NCBI GenBank assembly: GCA_964016885.1
Contig: OZ024743.1
Span: 246,326,001-246,390,000 of the forward strand
Length of the DNA stretch: 64,000 bases
Origin: Eledone cirrhosa
Taxonomy: Eukaryota
Direction: 5' to 3'
Shown here: one piece after another, positions 50,532 to 60,215 of the stretch
Numbering within the stretch: the first letter of the stretch is position 1
How the letters are laid out: the number at the start of each line of letters is the position of its first letter
The notes under the pieces: model-generated
Seen by the model: only the letters and a program-made list of their open reading frames with translations
What the model was told of the DNA's origin: nothing
Database searches by the model: none
Program-made: the position numbers and the translations under genes

Positions 50532-50627
50532 ACCCCTTGAAAAGTTCGGCTATTTTATTACCACGCTAAAAATTCTAACTTAGTCCAGAAATAGCCGTCG
50601 AAACGGCTTGAGCTCTACCGTCGGGGT
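50532..50627 (+). ncRNA. Type I hammerhead ribozyme variant (core UUGAAAA), pLTR copy 2
   Basis: acccc TTGAAAA g..cggctattt..aaatagccg.c GAAAC gg..cc GTC ggggt. Confidence 0.72.
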
Positions 50628-50639
50628 TAAACTTTTTCC

Positions 50640-50728
<89 letters not shown>

Positions 50729-51567
50729 TTCAGGAAAAATCCCTTCATAGTACCTTCTTTGAGAAAACTGAATTCAGAGATCCACAGACATGGAACTGGT
50801 TGAAAAGAGGAGACCTTAAAAAGGCTACAGAAGGAATGTTAATGGCTGCGCAAGAGCAGGCCCTCAAAACGAAGTGGTTGAAACACCATATTTACAAGGA
50901 GGAGGCTAGCCTACTGTGCAGGATCTGTGAAGAGAGAGAGGAGACTGTATTTCACATTGTATCCGAGTGTAAACTCCTAGCCCAGACTCACTATAAGGGC
51001 TGGAGACATGATGTGATGGGCAGGGTGATCCACTGGCACCTGTGCAAAGTAAACAATTTACCACATTCTGAGAAGTGATATGAGCATAAGCCAGAGTCGG
51101 TGATAGAAAACGTTCAGGTGAAGGTGCTGTGGAATTTTAGGATACAGACGGACAAGAAACTGGAACACAATAGACCTGATCTGGTGGTTTTGGACAAAGA
51201 AAAAAGATCGTGCCTGATTGTGGATGTGGCCTGCCCATTCGACACGAGAGTGCAAGAGAAGGAGAGGGAGAAAATTAACCGATACCAGGACTTAAAGTGG
51301 GAGGTAAAAAGGATTTGGAACTGCCATGAAGTCAAAGTGGTCCCAATTGTCATAGGCGCACTAGGTACTATCTCAAAAAGTTTCCAGGGATGGTTAAAGA
51401 AAATTGGCCCCTTCACGCTTTTTGGAACGCTTCAAAAGGCATGCTTGCTGGGAACAGCAAGAACGCTCCGATACGTCCTGAATATCTGAGGCTGCAGGTA
51501 GTGGCTTGATATTCATTTCAACAAACTTTCCAGCTAACTAACATCAATGACTGAGACTCAAAGAACA
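50729..51567 (+). mobile_element. R4/Dong-like LINE 3' fragment A (CCHC plus RLE), (AAT)n tail
   Basis: TEGMLMAAQEQAL.T, CRIC...ETV.HIVSEC, RHD, HNRPDLVVLDK..IVDVACPFD..EKINRYQDL. Confidence 0.92.
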
Positions 51568-51569
51568 AC

Positions 51570-51656
<87 letters not shown>

Positions 51657-51657
<1 letters not shown>

Positions 51658-52150
51658 GTATGAGCATAGGCCAGAGGCGGTGATGGAGAACAATCAGGTG
51701 AAGGTGCTGTGGGATTTTAGGATACAGACGGACAAAAAACTGGAACACAATAGACCTGACCTGGTGGTTGTGGACAAAGAAAAAAGATCGTGCCTGATTG
51801 TGGATGTGGCCTGCCCATTCGACACGAGAGTGCAAGAGAAGGAGAGGGAGAAAATTAACCGATACCAGGACCTAAAGTGGGAGGTGAAAAGGATTTGGAA
51901 CTGCCATGAAGTCAAAGTGATCCCGATTGTCATAGGCGCACTGGGGACTATCTCCAAAAGTTTCCAGGGATGGTTAAAGAAAATCGGCCCCTTCACGCTT
52001 TTTGGAACGCTTCAAAAGGCATGCTTGCTTGGAACAGCAAGAACCCTCCGATACGTCCTGAATATCTGAGGCTGCAGGTAGTGGCTTGATATTCAATCCA
52101 ACGGACTTTCCAGTTAACCAACATCAATGACTGAGATTCAAGGAATAACA
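51657..52150 (+). mobile_element. R4/Dong-like LINE 3' fragment B
   Basis: ORF 51680-52069 is an RLE domain, flanked by (AAT)n on both sides. Confidence 0.92.
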
Positions 52151-52152
52151 AC

Positions 52153-52202
<50 letters not shown>

Positions 52203-52206
<4 letters not shown>

Positions 52207-52391
52207 TGTTTCTACTTTAGGCACAAGGCCAGCAATTACCCAGTGCATTACTGGTACTTTATTTTATCGACCCCGTAAGGATGAAAGGCGAAGTCAACCT
52301 CGGCGGGATTTGAACTCAGATCGTAAAGGGACGTAACTATGCTGGAAAGCATGGCGTCCGATCCTCTACCGATACTGCCAATCTACCGCCC

Positions 52392-52393
<2 letters not shown>
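52203..52393 (-). mobile_element. Young full-length SINE family 1 inside (AAT)n
   Basis: Intact boxes and CpGs. Confidence 0.9.
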
Positions 52394-52450
<57 letters not shown>

Positions 52451-52451
<1 letters not shown>

Positions 52452-53858
52452 TGTGGAGTCCTTGTGATGAAGAGGGGTAAATTGAGCAGAAGCAACGGAA
52501 TCCAGGTACCAACAGGTGAGATGATAAAGGAAATTGACATTGAAGAAGGATACAAGTATTTGGGTGTTCTGGAGGCTGATGACATCAAGAACCAAAAAAA
52601 TGAAGGAATTGATAAGATCTGAATACATTCGGAGAGTAAGGAGCGTATTAAAGTCACATCTGAACAGTAGGAATGCCATAAGTGCAGTACATTCCCGAGC
52701 TGTCTATTATTAGGTACAGTGCGGGAATTCTGAGATGGAATGTTGCTGAACAAAAAGAAATGGATAGGAAGACTAGGAAGCTATTGGCTATCTACAACAT
52801 GTTCCACAAGAGGAGTGATGTCGATAGACTCTACTTAAGGAGATCTGAGGGTGGAAGAGGTCTTATCAGCATAGAGGACTGTGTTCAGATGGAGAAAAAC
52901 AACCTACACAAATACGTGACTGATAGTAAGGAGCCAATGCTCAGAACTGTACTGAAGGAGAGGACAATAGACCAGGGGATGTCCAAGGAGGAAATAACAA
53001 CAAGGAGAAAGAGCAGCCTTCATGAAAAATCCCTTCATAGTACCTTCTTTGAGAAAACTGAATTCAGATATCCACAGACATGGAACTGGTTGAGAAGAGG
53101 AGACCTTAAAAAGGCTACAGAAGGAATGTTAATGGCTGCGCAAGAGCAGGCCCTCAAAACGAAGTGGTTGAAACACCATATTTACAAGGAGGAGGCTAGC
53201 CTACTGTGCAGGATCTGTGGAGAGAGAGAGGAGACTGTGGCTCACATTGTATCCGAGTGTAAACACCTAGCCCAGACTCACTGTAAGGACTGGAGACATC
53301 ATGTGATGGGCAGGGTGGTCCACTGGCACCTATGCAAAGTAAACAATTTACCACATTCTGAGAAGTGATATGAGCATAGGCCAGAGGCGGTGATAGAAAA
53401 CGATCAGGTGAAGGTGCTGTGGGATTTTAGGATACAGACGGACAAGAAACTGGAACACAATAGACCTGACCTGGTGGTTTTGGACAAAGAAAAAAGATCG
53501 TGTCTGATTGTGGATGTGGCCTGCCCATTCGACACGAGAGTGCAAGAGAAGGAGAGGGAGAAAATTAACCGATACCAGGACTTAAAGTGGGAGGTAAAAA
53601 GGATTTGGAACTGCCATGAAGTCAAAGTGGTCCCGATTGTCATAGGCGCACTAGGTACTATCTCAAAAAGTTTCCAGGGATGGTTAAAGAAAATTGGCCC
53701 CGCCACGCTTTTTTTGGAACGCTTCAAAAGGCATGCTTGCTGGGAACAGCAAGAACCCTCCGATACGTCCTGAATATCTGAGGCTGCAGGTAGTGGTTTG
53801 ATATTCATTTCAACAAACTTTCCAGTTAACTAACATCAATGACTGAGACTCAAAGAAT
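52451..53858 (+). mobile_element. R4/Dong-like LINE 3' fragment C (RT thumb to RLE)
   Basis: GYKYLGVLE, DVDRLYLRRSEGGRGLISIED, CCHC and RLE. Flanked by (AAT)n. Confidence 0.92.
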
Positions 53859-53879
53859 GATAATAATAATAATAATAAT

Positions 53880-54125
53880 AATTGTTTCTACTTTTGGCAC
53901 AAGGCCAGCAATTACCCAGTAGATTACTGGTACTTTATTTTATCGACCCCGTAAGGATGAAAGGCAAAGTTAACCTCGGCTGGATTTGAACTCAGAATGG
54001 CAAAGCATGGCGTCAAAGCATGGCGTCAAAGCATGGCGTCAAAGCATGGCGTCAAAGCATGGCGTCAAAGCATGGCGTCAAAGCATGGCGTCCGACCCTC
54101 TACCCATACTGCCAATTCACCGCCA
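53880..54125 (-). mobile_element. SINE family 1 copy with an internal 13-bp tandem expansion (aaagcatggcgtc)x~7
   Basis: Array visible at about 53997-54092. Confidence 0.9.
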
Positions 54126-54429
54126 TATAATAATAATAATAATAATAATTATAATAATAATAATAATGATTTCTTTATTAACCACAAGGGTTTACATAAA
54201 GTAGACATTAAGGACAGTGCAGGAAAATGCAGGACGGTACAAATGGGCATTTCTGCGTGTAAAAAAACAAAAACAGAGGATGTAACAAAAATAACAATGA
54301 GAATAACAATGAAAAATTCCCCAATAGGGGGGAGACTTCGGAGGGACATTTGTGGAGAAAGCCCAGTAAAAAGCCACAATGACCCTGACCACCAAGGCAA
54401 GTGCCCTCTCCCAGTTTTCCACCTTTAGT

Positions 54430-57400
54430 TTACAGATATATACTCAGAGTCGGCCCATTCACTCGGGCCATTCTTGCTTCTCTCACCCATCTTTCAACAA
54501 AATGCTGGGAAGAGAGCACTTCCTTCTCTACTCTGATTTTCCTTTTCAAATGAAATTTGAAAAAGTCAATCAGAGCATCACCGAAGAGGTAAGTGCTCGT
54601 CTTCAGCCCTTTCAAACGTGTCCACCATACTATCTCTTTCGCCATGGCCACCAGACAGATAAAAACTGCCTGCCCTTCCCGGCTAAAGGAGGAGGGCGGG
54701 GCAATCCTCACGATAGACTCAGATGATAGCTGGATCCGTCCTAAACGCGACAGCAGGTGTTCGACATAAACCCACAAGTCAGCAATTTTCGGACACTGGA
54801 CGAGTGCGTGCAGGACGGTTTCGTCGCCCTGCGCGCATCTCGGACATGCCCGGCTGACGGCACCTCCATGCCTGTAGAGTTTATCCCGAACTGGCAAGGC
54901 TCCTCGGTAGCACTGCCAGGCCAGAGATTTCTGGAAGTTGTCCATAGGCCCTGGCCCGAAAGTTCTTCCGAAGAGATTGGCTAGTTGATTTTCGTCGACG
55001 CCTAGAGTTTCCCCAAGTACGTCGTCGCTCTTCCCCTCCACTAATCCTCTATAGAACGCCGAGGTGGAGTTTCCACCGATCACATTGCCCGATTGGTCGA
55101 GGGCTGTGAGCGCCTGAAGACATTCCAGTCTCCAGGCGCTCCCTCTCGGTCTTCGCTTGACCCAGGACTGCAGCTCCGTCAAGGAAACGAGCTGGGGAAA
55201 AACGCGTCTAGCAAACGGCGACCACACCTGATCACCGTCGAGGAAGAGGTGGAGATGTCGTAGCCTGAGCGCGTGCCTGCGCATCATCAGCCACGGCATG
55301 CCCAGCCCTCCACGTAGCGGGTGTTGACAACAGATGGACCGCCTGACCATCGGAGCACGTCCCTTCCACAAAAAGCGAAAGAGCAAACGCTCCAGCGCAG
55401 TCAGGCGAGGCTTAGGACAAGGTACGACGGTTAGGCGGTAGCAGATGACAGACGCGATGTACGCGTTAGCCACCTCCGCTCGACCTTTCAGGGATAGCTT
55501 CCTCTCCGCCCATTTCTGGGTGAGAGAAGCCACCCTGCTCGTCACCTCGTCCCAGTTTTTGTCCGTCTGGAGGTCCGGACCGAACCAGACCCCTAGCAAT
55601 TTAAACCGGTCCGTCCGTCCAGCGCCCGACGACGCTGTTGGACGGCATGGACCTGCCTCTCCAGGTGCCGAGCTGCAGGCCCACTGACTTTTCCTGGTTG
55701 ATCATTGCTCCTGTCACCGCTTCGTATTCTCTTAGTGTAGTGCCGATCGCCTCGATGTGTTTGGCGTTCGACACCACTACGGTGACATCGTCCGCATATG
55801 CTGACACGGATCTTCCGCATCCTAGTTCGCGCGGGACTCCCCTCAACGTCTCCAGTTTGTGCAGTAATGGCTCGAGAGTCAATACGTACAAGAGGGACGA
55901 GAGGGGACATCCTTGGCGGACCGAGCGCATGATGTTGAACGGTTCCGACAGGTGACCGTTCACTCTCACTACAGAGCAGATGTCGCTGTGCATGGCAGCG
56001 ATCCAGCCTCTGAAGACGGGCCCAAAGCCAGCCGCCCTCAGGACTGCCGCTAGGTAACGATGGTCGACCCTATCGAAAGCTTTCGACTGATCTAAATTGA
56101 TCAAGGACCCACCCGTGCCAGGTTCCCTAGCTACCCTCTCTACGATGTATCGCATGAGGTGGAGGTTGTCGTGGATGGATCTGTCGGGAATGGCGCATGT
56201 CTGCGCCTCTCCCACCAGACCACCAACGACAAGCGCCAACCTCTTTGCTAGCACCTTGGCCAAAATCTTAAACTCTGTGTTTAGCAGAGTTATGGGCCGG
56301 AAATTGTCTATGTTATCCCCCTTGTTCGGATCCTTTCTCAGCAGTGCCACCGCTCCTCGGCTCACAGAACTGGGAATTCTCCCGTTCTGTTGCCAGTTGC
56401 AGTAGACGTCCGCCAAGAGGCCTCCGAACAAGTCTGGCATCTGTACGTAAAGTTCATAGGGCAGACCATCCAAACCAGGCGATTTACCCCTTGTGCAGCC
56501 AGTCATTGCCTCCCGTACTTCAGCGGCTGTTATCGGCTTTTCGCAACACTTCGCCTCAGTGGCCGAGAGCCGCGGCAGTCCGTCGAGGTAGACACTAAAG
56601 TCCATCCCTCTACCCGGCCCCCCGCTGCCCCCGAACAGCTGAGCGAAGTGTCGCTGAAAAGCTTCACACATTTGCCCGGGATCGAGTAGCATGCGCCCGT
56701 CGTGGTCCACCAAAGACCGGATCGTGGCTTTGTTGCCACGACGCGCCTCCGCCACTCGGGCCCATTGAACGGCTTTCGTCCCCTCGTGTCTGAGAGCACG
56801 CACCCTAGCTCTGACAACGCAGCCTTCGTGCTTTGCATTGAAGAATTGGTCAAGGGCCAATTTCGCCGCAAGCACGTCGGTCGCAATGCCTTTGCTAAGC
56901 GCCTCGTCTAATTTTCTAACTAGTTCTCCCTCTGCTCTATTTTTCTCTATTGCTAAAGCCTTACTAAACCTAATCGATTCTATTCTAATCGCTCTTTTCA
57001 GAGCAAACCACCACTTGTTGTTGACGATGGCCCCCGTCAACGCCCGCTTAACTAGTTCGCTAATCCGGTCTCTGTAGGCCTTGCGCGCTGGTAAGGACGC
57101 GTTTAGCTTCCAGTAGCCGGGTCCTCGTCTATGAAGCCTATCTAAGTCAAGCACACAGGTCACGAATTTGTGGTCCGTGTAGCTGACTATCTTGAATTGT
57201 GGACAGCCTATGCTAGACCTATCTATTTCCCTACAAAATACTCTATCTAGATATGATCTGGATGACCCTATGCGGTTTGTCCAAGTCCACATTGGCACAT
57301 TCGGGAAATCCAATCGGTACCTGTCAGACAGTTCAAAACGCCTGAGCAGGTTGGTGAGGCTCTTGCACCCTCCACCCCTATCCGCTAATCCCACACAGTC

Positions 57401-57850
57401 CCAGTGTGCATCTAAGATCCCGTTCCAGTCGCCCACTAACACTAAAGAGCGGGACGTTCCAAGAAAGGTCTCCAGACGCCGGAAGAAATCAGGCCGCCCT
57501 GCTCCTGTCGGGGCATAGACGGCCACTAGCCTGAAAGCTTGCCCGTCTCCGCTGGTCACGTCCAGCACCACCAGCTTACCCTCTGGGTCCAGGAAGATGG
57601 CCCGTATGGCGAGATCCAAACCTCTCCGAAAAAGCACAGCAACTCCTCCACCCGATCCAGGACGGCTGGGAGATGCGTACACATCGTAGCCGCCGAAGAT
57701 CGGTGCGAAGGCCCGTGCTTCGGAGATTCTGGTCTCGCTGATGGCCACTACATCTATGTTTAGTGACCTGAGGTCGTTGAGCAGGTGACCCTGCTTCCAT
57801 GACGACCCCAAGCCACGCGCATTTATGCTGCCTATTCTGAGTGAGGTCAT
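54430..57850 (-). CDS. LINE ORF2 (APE endonuclease, RT, C-terminal Zn motif), frameshifted at about 55600-55620
   Basis: SINARGL, ISET, VYAP, GDWN, YLDR and TDHK (APE); KSPGLDGLP, FRPITLLN, DQSKAFDRV, RQGCPLS and AYADD (RT); CPRC..ETVLHALVQC. Confidence 0.93.
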
Positions 57851-57885
57851 GTTTAAAATAGAGTGGAAAAGATGGGAAAGACCAC

Positions 57886-59976
57886 TTACCGTACTTTTGG
57901 TAGAGGAGGGATGGTTTTTACATCCCTTTTCACTTGATCGTCTGGTGAAGGGACCGTTGAATCGTCCCTTCGGCTGGTCGTCGGCTCTTCTAAGAGAATG
58001 TCTGAGTATACTCTTCGATTGATGGTTCCTCCTAGGTCCCTGAAATCACCAACTGCGTTGGGGAATTTCGTTTTAATGTTTGTGTATTGTTTCTGTGCTA
58101 TTTTTAGCAGTCTTATGTTAGTTGGCGTTTTGATTGGTGCTGGTATTATGTAGTCCTGTTGTGAAATGTCTGTGTGTTCAATTATGTAAGTCATTAGTTT
58201 CTTGTTGTGTGTATTTATTGCCGTGCATTTGTTTTTCTGGGGGTGGGGTGTGGTTCTGCTATTTTCTTGTCGTTGTTGCTGGGTGTGTGTGTTTTGTTGT
58301 TGTGTTTGCGATGTTGGTGCTTGTGGTGGTGGTGTTGAAGGTGTTGTTGGCGGTGGGGTTGTCGCCGGTGGTGATGGTGGCGCTAGTGTGGGTGGTGATG
58401 GTGTTGGTGTTGTTGCTGCTGTGGGTCTCTTTGCAGTAGACTTTACCCTTTTCTCATTTCTTTCCTCCCTTTTCAAAGGCGACGATGCGCTGCTTCTGCG
58501 TTTGTGTCTTCTTGCGACCTTTTGCCATCTCTCTCCCACCTCACACTCCATGTCTGATTCTGTGAGGTCGGGGAGGGGTACCAGCTCCACTCTTTCACTT
58601 GTTGTTGTTGGTGATGTTTGCACTGGAGTCTCTGTTGCAGCTGCATTTGGTATTGCTGTTGTTGTTGTTAATATTTCCACTGCTGCTGCTGTTTTTGATT
58701 TCCGTGGCGTGGGTATGGGTGCCACGGACCTATCGTTCCTGGTTGCCGCTTGTCCTGTTGCTGGTAGCCGTGGAGCCGGATTCGGAAGGAGGGGGGTTTT
58801 CTCCTTTCTCGGGGTCTTCTCGTTGCAGAAGGCCCTGAGGTGAGTCTTCGATCCACAGCGAAAGCATTTCGGGCGTTTGCCCTCAACACTTATGGGCAGT
58901 TGGGTGCCGTTATCGAAGTCTATCACATCCGGGATAGCTTCGATGCACTCCTGGTTGGTTTGGATTAGCATCTCAATGGAGGAGCCGACCCAATCTTCTC
59001 TTACTTTTTTCTGTACTTGCAGTACAGTTGTTTTGTCCTCGATTCCGACGAGGACAGACGCGGCCAGCCAAGAAGGGGTCATTCCGGGGGGGACGTGGGT
59101 CAGTTTGACCCTCACAATTTTTTGCCCACAGTAGGAGGGCACCAACACCATTTCCTCGCTCCTTAGGGTCACTACTGATTGGGCCTTTGCCTCCTGGGGT
59201 GTGGCAAAAAGTACGTCTACGGTGGCATATTTTTTGCCTCGGGTGATGTGCGTTTTCCGCTGCCACACAGACCCCAAGGCTTTTTGTATTTGGGCCTCTG
59301 TGGCTCTTTCCACCCTACGGGATTTTGTACTTACTGTACGGTACGTGACCGTACAGTGCTCTTGTGTTTCGAAAAAATTTTTCGCTGCCTTGCAGATTGC
59401 TCGGTGTCCGTTCTTTGTCACCATCTTCTTCGCTTCCTCTAATTCCTCATTTGTTATGAGGATTGTTTCCAAGTTTTTCGCAATACCTGCAAATGAGATT
59501 GGTTTTTCTCTGCTGTTGTTGTTGTCGTCAGAGCTGCTGGTACTTTTGTTGTTGCCGCAGGTACTACGACTACTGCCTCCGCCGCTGTTGCTGTGGTTGT
59601 TGTTGGTGTTGCTGCTGCTAATGCTGTTGTTGTTTATGCTGCTGGTGATGCTGTTGCGGCTGCTACTGTTGTTTTCATTGTCACTGTTGCTGTTGTTATT
59701 ACGGCTGCTACTGCTATTATTCCTGACGTCAGACGAATGAACTGGGTTTTCGTATTTCCCGCACACCTGTTTCGTCGCTGTCGTCGTGGAGGAACCTTGC
59801 ACGCTTTGCACGAGACTTTTCTTTTCTTTCGTCACTTGCGAAAGAGAAGGGAGGGAGAGAGACACATTTAAAGAAGGGAGGGAGAGAGACAATCTTCTCT
59901 CTGCTGTAGTGATGATTGAGGAAGAAGAAGACGGAATGAGTGGGAGTGACGTATGAAATTTCTTTTTCGTAGCCAT
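57886..59976 (-). CDS. LINE ORF1 (gag-like, CCHC knuckle, N/S- and P/T-rich low-complexity regions)
   Basis: 696-aa ORF with KCFRCGSKTHLRAFC, directly upstream of ORF2. Confidence 0.85.
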   Translation of the reverse strand: MATKKKFHTSLPLIPSSSSSIITTAERRLSLSLPSLNVSLSLPSLSQVTKEKKSLVQSVQGSSTTTATKQVCGKYENPVHSSDVRNNSSSSRNNNSNSDNENNSSSRNSITSSINNNSISSSNTNNNHSNSGGGSSRSTCGNNKSTSSSDDNNNSREKPISFAGIAKNLETILITNEELEEAKKMVTKNGHRAICKAAKNFFETQEHCTVTYRTVSTKSRRVERATEAQIQKALGSVWQRKTHITRGKKYATVDVLFATPQEAKAQSVVTLRSEEMVLVPSYCGQKIVRVKLTHVPPGMTPSWLAASVLVGIEDKTTVLQVQKKVREDWVGSSIEMLIQTNQECIEAIPDVIDFDNGTQLPISVEGKRPKCFRCGSKTHLRAFCNEKTPRKEKTPLLPNPAPRLPATGQAATRNDRSVAPIPTPRKSKTAAAVEILTTTTAIPNAAATETPVQTSPTTTSERVELVPLPDLTESDMECEVGERWQKVARRHKRRSSASSPLKREERNEKRVKSTAKRPTAATTPTPSPPTLAPPSPPATTPPPTTPSTPPPQAPTSQTQQQNTHTQQQRQENSRTTPHPQKNKCTAINTHNKKLMTYIIEHTDISQQDYIIPAPIKTPTNIRLLKIAQKQYTNIKTKFPNAVGDFRDLGGTINRRVYSDILLEEPTTSRRDDSTVPSPDDQVKRDVKTIPPLPKVR

Positions 59977-60215
59977 GTTGTTTTTTGTTTAAAATGAAAT
60001 TTTGGGTACAAAACCGCAATAACTGGTTATTTAACCCCGAAGGGCCAAATAACGGACAGAAAGACCCCTCTCACGAGGAGGAGGGTGTCTTTATCAACAA
60101 TTTGGTTCAAGTTTTAAACAATTTACAATTGTTTTAACGGTTAAAAATTACTATACCTTACAGAGCAGAGCCTCCGTCAACCATGGCATTCAATAATAAT
60201 AATAATAATAATAAT

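Larger units (their letters stand above)
48005..50642 (-). mobile_element. Penelope-like element 2 (Naiad-like): minus-strand ORF with 5' pLTR, then an inverted 3'-ORF/pLTR segment (49681-50642, plus strand)
   Basis: ORFs 48842-49591 (IDFSTKNIP, RLRWRTFF, FENDL, DKTGNLY) and 47974-48924 (RT). Plus-strand 49682-49897 encodes the C-terminus WSLLSRANSY..PCNL..LLNKKDELVTACKH. About 120-bp inverted repeat at 49558-49678 and 50521-50642. Confidence 0.9.
54168..60190 (-). mobile_element. Full-length Tx1/L1-clade LINE, copy 1
   Basis: ORF1 plus ORF2, 3' AATAAA followed by (ATT)n. Both ends abut (AAT)n. Confidence 0.93.
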
